From a virus, in IMG/VR virus record IMGVR_UViG_3300025674_000021, positions 1 to 64,000 of that record: DNA of 64,000 nucleotides. One strand, 5' to 3'. A model generated the notes under the pieces. That model was not told the DNA's origin and did not search any database. It saw only the letters and a program-made list of their open reading frames with translations. Numbering within the stretch: the first letter of the stretch is position 1; each line of letters opens with the position of its first letter. The position numbers and the translations under genes were made by a program. Shown here piece after piece: positions 9,001-19,569 of the stretch.

Positions 9001-12000
9001 TGCCGGTGTAGATGGAATTGACAATACAAACTATGATAGACACAAATATGTAAAATTTAACAACGCAGGAACAGGAAGACATCACTTCTCATATCCAGAA
9101 ATTAACATGGTTGTTAATTTCTCATCTCCTGGTGCTGGAAACACATCTATTATTGCAACTCCAGTAATCAGAGGATCTATTGATCAAATTTATATCTTTG
9201 ATAAAGGAGAAGATTATGGTACTACCACATTAAATGTACATAGTAGACCAAAAATTTCTGTTCTTAATGGTAAAGAAGCACAATTTAGTGCTGTTGTAGA
9301 AAATGGTCAGATTTCTAGAATAAGAATTTTATACGGTGGTTTAGATTATTATTCTACTCCAGATTTAGTTGTAGAATCACCTACAGGAATTGGTGCGGTT
9401 CTCAGACCCGTAATTAAAGGTGGCACAATCATTGATGTCATTATCGTTACTGGCGGACTTAATTATGCAAATGGAACAACAGCAGTTTATCCAGTTTCTG
9501 CAGGTTCTGGTGCTATTTTCCAGGCAAATGTAAGACCTCTTACTGTAAATAGTTCAATTAAGTTTGGAGTTCAGAATCAGTTCTATAGAGACCCTGCTTC
9601 CGAAATTATAACCACGGGAAGTAATGGTCTTCAGTATGCTGTAGTAAGTTATTCTCAAAACATAAAAAATCAACTAGGGGATAATGGCGATTTAGAGGGT
9701 AAGCATTCCGATATTATCGGATGGGCATATGATGGAAACCCAATTTATGGTTCATTCGGTTATTCTAATCCAGATGACATTAATTCTACTGTAAGGAGAT
9801 TGACTCCTAGTTATGAGATTACTAATGTAGAAAATCGCCCAAGTACTAGTATATTCCCACGGGGTTACTTTGTAGAAGATTATAAGTATACTGCTACTAA
9901 CGATCTAGATCAGTATAATGGAAGATTTGGTAAAACCAAGGACTTCCCTGATGGCGTATATGCATACTTTGCAACCACAGAATTGAATGCTGATGGGCAG
10001 ACGGTTGGTAAGTTTCCATATTTTGTTGGACACAACTACAAGTCGGAGTACATCCAAGAAAATGATAATTTAGATCAATCTTTTGATTTAAATTCAACTA
10101 ATGTTCTCAGAAACACATTACCTTATGGAGTTTCAAATCAATTTGCAGACAATGATTTCCTCATTGAATCAAATGAAGTTATTAAGCAAGAAACACTTAT
10201 CGAATCAGTTTCTGCTGGTGGTGTAAATGGATATGAAGTAATTAAAGCAGGAACTGACTATTCTATTGGTGATAGAGTTACATTTGAACTTGAATCTGGA
10301 ACTTCTCCATTCATAAAAGTATCTGAAATTCAAGGTAAAGATATTGAGACAATAAGAACAGACATCACAAGTTATGATGATACTATTATTACTTGGAAGA
10401 ATGGTAGTAAGATAATTTTCACAATATACCCATATCATGATTTCAATAATGGAGATAATATCAACATTATTGGTGTATCTACAGATAAAATTGATATTCA
10501 AGGATCTTATGAAGTTGGAGTGACTACAGTAACGTCACTTCTTTCATCTCAGTTGAATGAATTCAATATGACTGGATTTGCAACTGATGTTTTTGTCAAT
10601 TATGTGCCAGAAAATGTTTCTGTAGGAAATACAGTTACAATTGACGATGAGTTCTTCCAAATTATTGGCGTAAATTCAAAACAAAATATTCTCACCTTAA
10701 GAAGAGATAATTTAGGTGTAGCACACACTTTTGGAACTCAAGTAAGATATCTTCCTTATCAATTTGAAATTAATAAGGAAATGGAAGCATTTACTTCTAA
10801 TATTCCGAAGAGAGTTAATTTCAACCCACAAAAATCTGTTGGAGTTGGTATAGTTACAGGAACTGGTGTTACCTTAGATTATACTGTTGGTCTTACTACC
10901 TATCAAACTTTCGTTGAAACTAAGAGTATCTTCTTACAAAATCACCCATTTAAAACTGGTGATAAGGTAACGATTAAAAAACCAACAGCATCAGATGCAA
11001 TACCAATTAGAGTTCCAAATCTTGGTACTGTAGATGTTCCAGATATTATTGATGAACTATTCGTTATCAGAAAGACATCAGATTTTATTGGTCTTGTTAC
11101 CACTGTTGGTCTTACTTCAGAATCTCAAGGTGTTTTCTTTGAAAACAATGGTTCTGATAACTTCGATTATATCATCGAAACTATTGAAGATAATATTACT
11201 GCAACTAGCGAAAGAATCAATGCGGTTGTGTCGGTATCTACCTCACACAATCTTGAAAGAGGTGATGAGATCAGTTTGGAAGTTAAACCAAATATTAATG
11301 TTGGAATAGGTACTACTAACAAGATTCTTGTAAAATATCTCAATAATAATCTAATCGTAAATCCAATTAGTTTTAGTACTACTGAAGTAAACTCTCAGAA
11401 AAATACGATAACTGTAGAAGAACATTCATATGTCACAGGTCAGAAGGTATTCTATGATTCTGGAGACGATATAATTAGTGGTTTGTCTACAGGAGAATAT
11501 TTTGTTTATAAAGTAGACGAAAATACTATTAGACTTGCAGAAACATATGTAGATGCAACTTCAGTTCCACCACTTCTTGTAGGTTTTGGAAATACAGGTG
11601 GAGATCTGCAGTTTGTAGCGGCAGTAAATCCTCCAATTGCAAATTACAAGAATAATAACTTGATATTTGATGTTTCTGACGATTCTCTTCAAGGATACGA
11701 CTTTAAATTCTTCTATGATAATTCTTTCAAAAATGAATTTGATTCATTCACATCTGATGGAACTTTTGTTGTAACTGGTGTTGGCGGATCTGTAGGATTC
11801 TCTAGTATTGCAAGAGTTAATCTCAATTTCTCAGAAACTACTCCCGAAGTACTTTATTATAACCTCGCTCAAGACGGAATTCCTATTAATACCACGGATA
11901 ATGACGTATCTCACCATTCTGAAATCCTCTTTAAAGATAGTTTATATAATTCTGACCATAAAGTAATGGGAACAGCAACAACTGAGTTTAGTGTTGCCCT

Positions 12001-15000
12001 CAGACAACTTCCAGAGAGTTTAGTATACCTGAAAGAAGATTGTGATGTAATTAAGTATACCACAAAATCTCAAACAGCTACTGGTGGAATTGAAAGCATT
12101 AACATCGTATCTCAAGGGTATGGCATGAAGTCGCTTCCAGTATTTTCTGGAGTTGAATCTATTAATGGTGCTGGTGCATTTATTGTTCCAGTTTCTGATA
12201 GCATCGGAAATATTATTTCTGATAAGCTCAGAAATGAAGGTTATGAATATCCATCAGATAATACTGTAAGACCTTCTGCAATCATCCCTCAGGAAGTATT
12301 CCTGGCAGATTCCAACACAATTGACACTATTGAAATCATATTTGGTGGACAAGATTATGCTTCTGCACCAGATGTAGTGCTTATCGACACTGATACTAGA
12401 GAAATTATTGACTCTGGATATATCAGAGCAAAAGTTAATGGTGCTTCGATTACTGATCTTGATATTGAGTTCCCAGCAAACGGACTTCCTATCAAACCAG
12501 TTACTATGAAGACCATTAATAACAGTAACGGTATTAATATTGATAAGGTTGAATATTCTCAATCAGGTATTGTTACTTGTACTATTACCACACCAATTTT
12601 TGGATTCACTCAACAACCTCTTGAACAAGGACAAGAAATTTTTGTTGAAGGTATTGAAAAAGTAAGTGGTTCAACTGGAGATGGTATAAATTCTACAGAT
12701 CTTGGATTTAATTTCTTTAGAATTACTCAATACTATGCTACAAACCCAGTAAAATTTGAATATGATGTTTCTGATTACACTAATAATGGCGGTAACATTA
12801 AGTTTATCCAAGAAGGTTATGCAACTGTAATCAACAAAGATAATTATCCTGAGTTCAAGGTTAATCAGAAAGGATCTCAATTCTTAATTGATGAATCATT
12901 ATCAGTAATTTCTGATGCTCAGATTACTTCTGATGATTTGAGAGTTATTTCGGCAGATTCTAATATTATTAGAGTTCTTGGATCTAGAATTCTAAAAGTT
13001 GGTGAGAGGATTTCTGGAAATTCTTCTAATAGTGCAGGAACTATTGACTTTATCAGAAATAGTACAGGTTCTTATAATACTTCATGGACTAATCTCAAAG
13101 AATTTGATTGGAAGTATAACATTGGCAAATTAAATGAGAATGCACAAGTTCTTCCTGATAATGACTATTATCAGAATTTATCTTACACAATTAAGAGTAG
13201 TAAATCTTGGGAAGAAATTGTAGGAAACGTCAATAGTTTAGTTCATACCAGTGGTATGAAAAACTTTGCTGATATGCAATTCACTGAGAGCACACAATCT
13301 GGTATTAGTACAGAATCTCCAGAATCTGTTATAACAGTAACAAACTCTTATATAAGTGATTTAAGAGTTGATAGAATCAACTATTTCGATAATGCTATTG
13401 ATATTAATATTTCAGGAAATGTTTCAAGATTCTTGAAATTTAAAAATACATATCTTCTTGATTTCATCTTATGTAAGACAAATAACGTAATTGCTATTGA
13501 TGATATCAGCAGTGAATTCTCAAGTAGGAATGATGTCAAATCTGATACTCAAAATCTTTCTTTCCTCAATAGTGCGAATAATTACAATAAATTCTATATT
13601 CAATCTAGAGATTTAATCACAAATCAAATTCAATTTAGTGAAATTATTACTCTGAATACTAATAATCAGATCTATACTTTATTTAAATCTGATCTCAGTA
13701 ACTTTGACTACAATATTGCAGATATTGAACCAGTTTTTTCTGCTAATTTTGAATACTTCTTAGGAGTTACTGCTAATGACCCAGATAATGCTGCTATTGT
13801 ATTCAAGACGTTAAATGAAACTGTTTCTGGTGTTTCTCTCACATCAGGTAATGTAGATTTGAATATGATTCAAATTGAAGCAATTAGTTGTAATGCATCT
13901 GTCGGAGTAAACACAACTCTGTTCAGTTTACCTGCAGATGATTTTGATGCTGCACATGTTTCTGTACACATCAAGAATGCTGATAATTCTAAGATGAATT
14001 ATATTGAACTATATGTCACTCATGACAATGTAGACACTTACATGAACGAATTCTTCTTCGATTCTGATGGAGAACAAAGTTTTGATATCTTAGGAGAATT
14101 TACTGCAGACATTGTAGATGGAAACTTTATTCTTGAATATGAAAATACTATCAATGAAGGTTTGGTAGCAAGATCCAGAACAATTGGATTTGGAACTGTA
14201 ACCGAAGGTGATGGAGATTATAGATTCAAGTTGGATGATCAACCAATTGGATCTGAAAGAAGTTTGATGTATCAAACATTCAACACTGTAGTTGCTGCAG
14301 GAACTACTGCTATCTTTGAACTTGAAGCATCGGAATTTGCTGCTGTTAAATCAGTAGTTAGTGTTGGACAAGGTGAAAACAGTGCGGTCCATCAAATCAC
14401 GACAATTTGTGATGGAGAAGATGCATATATTATGCAAAATCCATTCCTATCAGTTGGACCTAAAAGTGGAATTGGAACATTTGGAGCTAACTACGATTCA
14501 AATACTGGAGAATTTAGTTTAATATTCACTCCAGATTCATACTTTGATGTTACAAGAGTCAAGGCATTGAATACACAATTCTATAAGGACTTTGACTTTA
14601 TCAATCCAACTCCAGATTTAGAATATGATCCATTTGTAGAAGATGTAAAACTATCTTCTTACTATGGTGTCAATGTTGATCTTGGAATTAATTTTGACTT
14701 TGCAGCAAAGGTTGATGGTGTAGATATCTTTGCTAAGACATTTAATCCAAACTCATCTGCAGTAAATTATACGACTAATGAGTTCAATCTTAATAGTCAC
14801 TTCTTCCAACCTTATGAGGAACTGATTTATACTCCGCAATCATCTTTTATTGGTGTCGGAACAGAACCTATAGAAATTGAAGAACTAGAAGTTAGTGCTG
14901 GCGTACTAACAACTCATCTACCAACTCAAGTATTTGCAATCAAGATCGATCAAAATACTTTCAAACTTGCCACAACAAGAGAGAATGCCATTGCAGGAAT

Positions 15001-17968
15001 TGCAATAACTCTTACCAGTCCTGGAGTTGGTAATGCTCACATTCTCGAAATGAAGAAGAAAAATGAGAAGGCACTTATAACAGTAAGCAATGTTGTACAA
15101 GCACCAATTGCATTTACTTACATTCAGCATGATCTTGCTGGAAATGGTGGAAATATTTCTATTGGACAAACGTTCTTCGCACTTTCCGGAATTAGTTCCG
15201 TAAAACCATCTGATGTACTCTTAATTGAAGATGAATATGTGAGAGTTGAAAATGTAGGTTTATCCAACAATACCACAGGACCAATTACATTCTCTGGAAA
15301 TGTTCCTCTTGTAGAAGTTTCTAGAGGTGTTCTCGGAACAGATCCTGCAGAGCATTTAGATGGCACTAGATGTGATCTTTATAGAGGTTCATTCAACATT
15401 GTCAAGAATAATATTCACTTTACAGAACCTCCAAGAGGCAATCAATTAGATCTTCTTGGACCTGATGAAAGCAAACTTCCAAGAGAAAGAGCTACATTTA
15501 GTGGAAGAGTATTCTTGCGTCAAGATTATGACAGTAACCAAGTATATGATGATATCTCCGAACAGTTTACTGGTGTTGGACAAACATTCACACTAACAAG
15601 ATCTGGATTGAATACTGTTGGTCTTGGGACTAGTGGTGGAAGTGGTTTAGTATTCATTAACGGAATATTCCAGGCACCAACTACAGAAAATAATTCTAGT
15701 AATAACTATATCATCGAAGAAGATCTAAATCTTGGAATTTCTTCAATTACATTTAGTGGAGTTGAAGTTGATGATGAAATATTCATTACAGACAATGATG
15801 TAAACCAGAATCAACTTCCTAGAGGAGGTCTAATTGTTTCATATGGTTCTACACCTGGTCTTGGTTACGCACCTCTTGAAGGTGCAAGAGTAACTCCAGT
15901 TCTTAATTCTAGCGGTTCTATAATTGATTTAAATGTACTAGATCATGGATCTGGATATAGAGAACCAGTTGCTATTGCAGTCACTGATCTTTCATATGAG
16001 CATAGATTTGTAAGATCTGACACTAATGCTGTTAGTGCAACTACTGGTGGTCCATTTACCCCAAGTGGAGCAGATTATGACTCATTAACTGGTGTTCTTG
16101 TATTGACAATTGCAGATCATGGTCTTGCTGGAACTGATACCATCTTAATTGCAGATAATTCGATATACTTTACATGTGCTAGAGACAACTTTGCTTCTGA
16201 GCATTCGTATCCAAGACCAACTGATCCTGCTTCTGGTGTTAATCTTCCAATCACTTCATTTACAAATAACACAATAACTGTAAATGTAGGACCTGGTGGC
16301 GGCACAGGAACTGATGGAGTTATTAGTGCTGTTGTTGGTGTAGGAGGAACTCTTATCTTCACCATCGATAATTCTGGAACAGGATATATTGATCCTGTTG
16401 TTGATATTGAAGATCCTGTTTATGAAAATATGGAAATCATTGGTGTTTCTCGTTTAGGGGAGGGTGCAACTACAGATACTGGTGTTGGATTACTAGTTAA
16501 TGTTGAAATTGGAGCAGCAAAAACTTCTGTCGGTATTGGATCAACATTATTCGAAGTCAGTAATTTCCAAATTACTAGAACTGGATATGGATTTAAGCGT
16601 GGTGATATATTTACTGTTGATGGTCTTGTTACAGACAGACATCTTACTGAACCTGTAGAGCAATTCCAAATTTCTGTTCTTGATACATTTACCGATTCCT
16701 TCAGTGCCACACAATTCGGAGAACTTGATTATATCGACTCTATTGCACCTTATCAAGATGGTGAAAGAGTAAGATTCCCTCTAATTTACAAAGGTGAGAA
16801 TCTAAGTTTCCAGACAGATGAATTAGATCCAGAATCTTCTTCTATCGATCTTAATAATGTCTTAGTTATATTCAATAATGGAATTCTTCAAGAACCAGGT
16901 AGTTCTTATTTCTTTGATGGAGGATCTACTTTCATCTTTGCGGTTGCTCCAAGAGCATTGGATGATGTTCAAATATTCTTCTACAGAGGAACTAGAGGAA
17001 TTGATAGTACTCAGTTCGAAGTTGATGAAACTATTAAGGTAGGAGATATCGTCCAAGTAATGGCATCAAATCAGAATGATGACACGATTGCTCAAGAAAA
17101 GAGAAGAGTTTACACTATTGATAGTGCTGATGTTATTCAAACTGATGCATATCCTTTCCAAGGAATTGATCCAGTAAATTACAAACCCGTACATTGGACA
17201 AAACAGAAAGAAGATTTGATTATTAATAATGAAAGAGTTTCTAAAGCGAGAGATAGTATTGCAGCACAAGTTTATCCAACATCAAATGTTATTGCCTCCA
17301 TTGAATCAACATCAACTACTTTCTGGTTAGATAGTGGAGAATTGTGGAACTATGAAGATGATGCAGTTCTTACAACTGATGCTTTACTATACACCAATAG
17401 AGAAGCAGTTGGTATGGGAACAACTATGGCATCACTCAATTATGAAACAGTTGTAAATATCAATGATATTGATTCATTCGTAGCACAAGTTGTTGGAATA
17501 ACAACTGTTCCTGGTGTTGGTGGAGCAGATCTTGCAATTCAATTTACAATTGAAAGAGATCCATTCACATTCCCTGGATTTGCAGTCGGTGATTACTTCT
17601 ATATCTCAAAGACATCTGTAGGTTCTGGAAACGTCAGTATTGAAGATAATGACACGGAGATTGTTGCAACATCTACAGCATTCTGTGACAACATCTATAA
17701 AGTTGCTGAATGGACTGAACTTACAGGAGTTATTAAAGCAAACGTAAGGTCTGATAGTCCAGTAGTTGGTCTTACATCAACAGGAACTCTCTTATATCCA
17801 TGTGGAACACTATCTTTTGCTCGCCTCTCCGGAGCTGAAAGAAGACCTAACAATCCTCTCAGCATTGACATTTCTAATTATACTTCTAGCAATAGTGGAC
17901 TATCTACATACCCAATTCTACAAAGACGTGATGCGGGACTCAGAGATACTGGTGCCCTAGAGTTATAA
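6002..17968 (+). CDS. gp7: Giant baseplate wedge initiator gp7-like protein (3988 aa)
   Basis: N-terminal QLPEF/FLKQYY/FYESKGTDESF and later DNDYYQNLSYTIKS..VHTSGMKNF motifs; lies between gp6 and gp8. Confidence 0.8.
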   Translation: MQNAGFGERVKIQQIIENQLPEFILGENPKFVEFLKQYYISQEYQGGPVDIADNLDRYLKLDNLTPEVIRGNTHLTESITSTSETINVVSTKGFPPKYGLIRIDNEIITYTESTETTFEGCIRGFSGVTDYHAELNQEELVFESTSAADHANESIIYNLSSLFLQEFYKKLKFSLTPGLENLDFAENLNVANFVKEARGFYESKGTDESFRILFNVLYNESPTIINLEDFLLKPSDASYIRRSVVIVRPLSGSINDLEGQTIYKSTDNVTTASVSEIESFTRKGVTYYKLNLFVGYDDTNPTITGTFDVTQNTRVVDDVTISGTEPIHTISVDSTVGFDHNGLIYSNHKPIYYTEKTLNQFLGCYTNESEPILIDKTDYVHGSNTYYGYADGDENQKVEFLITGVLSNAVIDNEKFNFKSGDVISPKSLGTTVSKDGSKLSIFTNAWLYNTSTRYQIDTFSGSTITTKVSIDRNTLKAGDKVEILSRNTEIVPVGFDDITILSIAEDGTITLNVSTTPLAIPGTSYDVRRLLKKATSSTADIQYGNNVVSSDVQNVYIDKEDVVYVASNSLPGYEITSPIFEYEISSLDEFDNVSQGYSVIRFNDVVSFLTGDKVKYIPNESDPIEGLNEEFYFVDVLSDKTSIKLYQNGVTIPSTDFLKFGTSDTISSGNNIILFEQRTKTINPQKILKKIDLKQEVEDNVSSSILPGALGMLKNGAEIFTFKTNDKVYYGPLESINILNGGKDYDVINPPLLEIPGTADISPVIIGSVKSVYVDPQDFDFEKIISIDLTGGNGSGAKFEPVVEKFARQIDFDAREFNLGGGLDIVNERITFTKPHGLIDGQEITYNKVNNLAIGIEPFQGPNTDSGESLIDGAIYYPEIINDQTIRIYRNYSDFFAGINTVGFSTIGASGIHKFKLETKNRLSEIRVTAGGEGFAYRNLKVNTSGISTTNHFIEFENHGFSEGEIIEYTPDGTPISGVSSTTKYKVLFIDENRFRISDAGVDGIDNTNYDRHKYVKFNNAGTGRHHFSYPEINMVVNFSSPGAGNTSIIATPVIRGSIDQIYIFDKGEDYGTTTLNVHSRPKISVLNGKEAQFSAVVENGQISRIRILYGGLDYYSTPDLVVESPTGIGAVLRPVIKGGTIIDVIIVTGGLNYANGTTAVYPVSAGSGAIFQANVRPLTVNSSIKFGVQNQFYRDPASEIITTGSNGLQYAVVSYSQNIKNQLGDNGDLEGKHSDIIGWAYDGNPIYGSFGYSNPDDINSTVRRLTPSYEITNVENRPSTSIFPRGYFVEDYKYTATNDLDQYNGRFGKTKDFPDGVYAYFATTELNADGQTVGKFPYFVGHNYKSEYIQENDNLDQSFDLNSTNVLRNTLPYGVSNQFADNDFLIESNEVIKQETLIESVSAGGVNGYEVIKAGTDYSIGDRVTFELESGTSPFIKVSEIQGKDIETIRTDITSYDDTIITWKNGSKIIFTIYPYHDFNNGDNINIIGVSTDKIDIQGSYEVGVTTVTSLLSSQLNEFNMTGFATDVFVNYVPENVSVGNTVTIDDEFFQIIGVNSKQNILTLRRDNLGVAHTFGTQVRYLPYQFEINKEMEAFTSNIPKRVNFNPQKSVGVGIVTGTGVTLDYTVGLTTYQTFVETKSIFLQNHPFKTGDKVTIKKPTASDAIPIRVPNLGTVDVPDIIDELFVIRKTSDFIGLVTTVGLTSESQGVFFENNGSDNFDYIIETIEDNITATSERINAVVSVSTSHNLERGDEISLEVKPNINVGIGTTNKILVKYLNNNLIVNPISFSTTEVNSQKNTITVEEHSYVTGQKVFYDSGDDIISGLSTGEYFVYKVDENTIRLAETYVDATSVPPLLVGFGNTGGDLQFVAAVNPPIANYKNNNLIFDVSDDSLQGYDFKFFYDNSFKNEFDSFTSDGTFVVTGVGGSVGFSSIARVNLNFSETTPEVLYYNLAQDGIPINTTDNDVSHHSEILFKDSLYNSDHKVMGTATTEFSVALRQLPESLVYLKEDCDVIKYTTKSQTATGGIESINIVSQGYGMKSLPVFSGVESINGAGAFIVPVSDSIGNIISDKLRNEGYEYPSDNTVRPSAIIPQEVFLADSNTIDTIEIIFGGQDYASAPDVVLIDTDTREIIDSGYIRAKVNGASITDLDIEFPANGLPIKPVTMKTINNSNGINIDKVEYSQSGIVTCTITTPIFGFTQQPLEQGQEIFVEGIEKVSGSTGDGINSTDLGFNFFRITQYYATNPVKFEYDVSDYTNNGGNIKFIQEGYATVINKDNYPEFKVNQKGSQFLIDESLSVISDAQITSDDLRVISADSNIIRVLGSRILKVGERISGNSSNSAGTIDFIRNSTGSYNTSWTNLKEFDWKYNIGKLNENAQVLPDNDYYQNLSYTIKSSKSWEEIVGNVNSLVHTSGMKNFADMQFTESTQSGISTESPESVITVTNSYISDLRVDRINYFDNAIDINISGNVSRFLKFKNTYLLDFILCKTNNVIAIDDISSEFSSRNDVKSDTQNLSFLNSANNYNKFYIQSRDLITNQIQFSEIITLNTNNQIYTLFKSDLSNFDYNIADIEPVFSANFEYFLGVTANDPDNAAIVFKTLNETVSGVSLTSGNVDLNMIQIEAISCNASVGVNTTLFSLPADDFDAAHVSVHIKNADNSKMNYIELYVTHDNVDTYMNEFFFDSDGEQSFDILGEFTADIVDGNFILEYENTINEGLVARSRTIGFGTVTEGDGDYRFKLDDQPIGSERSLMYQTFNTVVAAGTTAIFELEASEFAAVKSVVSVGQGENSAVHQITTICDGEDAYIMQNPFLSVGPKSGIGTFGANYDSNTGEFSLIFTPDSYFDVTRVKALNTQFYKDFDFINPTPDLEYDPFVEDVKLSSYYGVNVDLGINFDFAAKVDGVDIFAKTFNPNSSAVNYTTNEFNLNSHFFQPYEELIYTPQSSFIGVGTEPIEIEELEVSAGVLTTHLPTQVFAIKIDQNTFKLATTRENAIAGIAITLTSPGVGNAHILEMKKKNEKALITVSNVVQAPIAFTYIQHDLAGNGGNISIGQTFFALSGISSVKPSDVLLIEDEYVRVENVGLSNNTTGPITFSGNVPLVEVSRGVLGTDPAEHLDGTRCDLYRGSFNIVKNNIHFTEPPRGNQLDLLGPDESKLPRERATFSGRVFLRQDYDSNQVYDDISEQFTGVGQTFTLTRSGLNTVGLGTSGGSGLVFINGIFQAPTTENNSSNNYIIEEDLNLGISSITFSGVEVDDEIFITDNDVNQNQLPRGGLIVSYGSTPGLGYAPLEGARVTPVLNSSGSIIDLNVLDHGSGYREPVAIAVTDLSYEHRFVRSDTNAVSATTGGPFTPSGADYDSLTGVLVLTIADHGLAGTDTILIADNSIYFTCARDNFASEHSYPRPTDPASGVNLPITSFTNNTITVNVGPGGGTGTDGVISAVVGVGGTLIFTIDNSGTGYIDPVVDIEDPVYENMEIIGVSRLGEGATTDTGVGLLVNVEIGAAKTSVGIGSTLFEVSNFQITRTGYGFKRGDIFTVDGLVTDRHLTEPVEQFQISVLDTFTDSFSATQFGELDYIDSIAPYQDGERVRFPLIYKGENLSFQTDELDPESSSIDLNNVLVIFNNGILQEPGSSYFFDGGSTFIFAVAPRALDDVQIFFYRGTRGIDSTQFEVDETIKVGDIVQVMASNQNDDTIAQEKRRVYTIDSADVIQTDAYPFQGIDPVNYKPVHWTKQKEDLIINNERVSKARDSIAAQVYPTSNVIASIESTSTTFWLDSGELWNYEDDAVLTTDALLYTNREAVGMGTTMASLNYETVVNINDIDSFVAQVVGITTVPGVGGADLAIQFTIERDPFTFPGFAVGDYFYISKTSVGSGNVSIEDNDTEIVATSTAFCDNIYKVAEWTELTGVIKANVRSDSPVVGLTSTGTLLYPCGTLSFARLSGAERRPNNPLSIDISNYTSSNSGLSTYPILQRRDAGLRDTGALEL

Positions 17969-17971
17969 ATA
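17964..17971 (+). promoter_or_regulatory. T4 late promoter
   Basis: TATAAATA upstream of gp8. Confidence 0.75.
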
Positions 17972-17991
17972 TAAGAAAAAACGTTATATAG

Positions 17992-19566
17992 ATGTCCGCA
18001 CTTGTAACAGACCAGTTCCGAATTGAAAATTCCGCGAACTTTGTTGAGTCAGTAAATGACTCAGATAACTCCTACTATGTCTGGTTGGGACTACCAAATC
18101 CCAACCTTTATACTGGTTTTGCCAGGAATCTTAATTGGAAAGGTTCTGAAGGTGTAACTGTAGGCGTAGTACCTAACCCAGTTGATAACGGCAGTTATCT
18201 ATCCCAATACAAAGATTCCTTACTCTTTGGAAAGAGAATCACATCTTCTAATGTCAAGAGGATTGTGAAGAGAGTTGATTGGGTGAAGGGTAAGAAATAC
18301 GACATGTATCGTCACGATTATAGTGATGCTAACTTATCTACAGTTTCTAAAACTGCACGATTGTATAATTCAGAGTTCTATGTAATCAATAGTGACTTCA
18401 ACGTATACATTTGCATTTCGAATGGTTCTGGTGGAACATCAAATCAAGCAAATCAGTCCCAATACGAACCAACTTTCACAGATCTAGAACCATCAATTGC
18501 AGGAAATGGATCTGATGGTTATATTTGGAAGTATCTTTTCTCTATCTCACCATCAGATATTATTAAATTTGACTCTACTGAGTATATTACTCTTCCTGAT
18601 AATTGGTCAAATAGTACAAACAGCAGTATTGTATCTGTCAGAGAGAATGGAAACTCTGATGATAATCAGAATCAAATTAAAACGGTCTTTATTGATAATG
18701 ATGGGACCGGATATTCTTCTGGAGAAGTTGATATTCTAGGAGATGGTACGGGTGGTAGAGTATTCATTGAAGTAAATGCTTCTGGGGAAATTACCGATGC
18801 AACGGTTACTTCAGGTGGAAGTGGATATACTTATGGTATTGTTGATTTAGGACCACTTCAACCACAAGGATCAATTTCAGATCCAGCAAAGTTAATTCCA
18901 ATCATCCCACCATCTAAGGGACACGGTTACGATATTTACAAGGAACTGGGTGCTGATAAGGTTCTAGTTTATGCTAGATTTGATAATACTACTAGAGATT
19001 TCCCAACAAATACATCATTCTGTCAGATTGGTCTAATTAAAAATCCATCTAGCGTAGGTTCTGGACAAACTTTCTATGATGGAGAGTTTTCAAACCTTGG
19101 AGCAGTGATGTTCGACCAAGTTAATGAGTTTATTCCACAGGTAGGAGAAAAAATTACTCAAACTGTAAATGCAATAGATACCGCTAAAGGTTATGTTGCT
19201 TCTTATGATGCTGATACTAAAGTATTGAAATATTTTAAAGATAGATCTCTATTTAATTCAACCACTCAAGATGAAACTGATTATATCGGAGTTTCATTAG
19301 GTGCTAAGGCAAACGTAGAATTTGTAAATTCAGGTCAGAATATTATTGGTTCGGACAGCGGATTCTCAGGATCTGTTGCTAATTTTACAGGAATTACTAC
19401 ATCAGTAAACAATTCAATTATTAATCTTGGGATCTCTTTTAATAATGGACTCGCAACTTCTGAGATAAATAAAAAGACAGGAGATATTCTCTACGTTGAT
19501 AATAGACCTCTTGTCTTTAGGAATGATAGGCAAAAAGAAGACATCAAAATTATTCTCGAATTTTAA
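17992..19566 (+). CDS. gp8: Baseplate wedge subunit gp8
   Basis: YDMYRHDYS, FYVINSDFNVYICISN, DGYIWKYLF, C-terminal QKEDIKIILEF. Confidence 0.9.
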   Translation: MSALVTDQFRIENSANFVESVNDSDNSYYVWLGLPNPNLYTGFARNLNWKGSEGVTVGVVPNPVDNGSYLSQYKDSLLFGKRITSSNVKRIVKRVDWVKGKKYDMYRHDYSDANLSTVSKTARLYNSEFYVINSDFNVYICISNGSGGTSNQANQSQYEPTFTDLEPSIAGNGSDGYIWKYLFSISPSDIIKFDSTEYITLPDNWSNSTNSSIVSVRENGNSDDNQNQIKTVFIDNDGTGYSSGEVDILGDGTGGRVFIEVNASGEITDATVTSGGSGYTYGIVDLGPLQPQGSISDPAKLIPIIPPSKGHGYDIYKELGADKVLVYARFDNTTRDFPTNTSFCQIGLIKNPSSVGSGQTFYDGEFSNLGAVMFDQVNEFIPQVGEKITQTVNAIDTAKGYVASYDADTKVLKYFKDRSLFNSTTQDETDYIGVSLGAKANVEFVNSGQNIIGSDSGFSGSVANFTGITTSVNNSIINLGISFNNGLATSEINKKTGDILYVDNRPLVFRNDRQKEDIKIILEF

Positions 19567-19569
19567 GAA

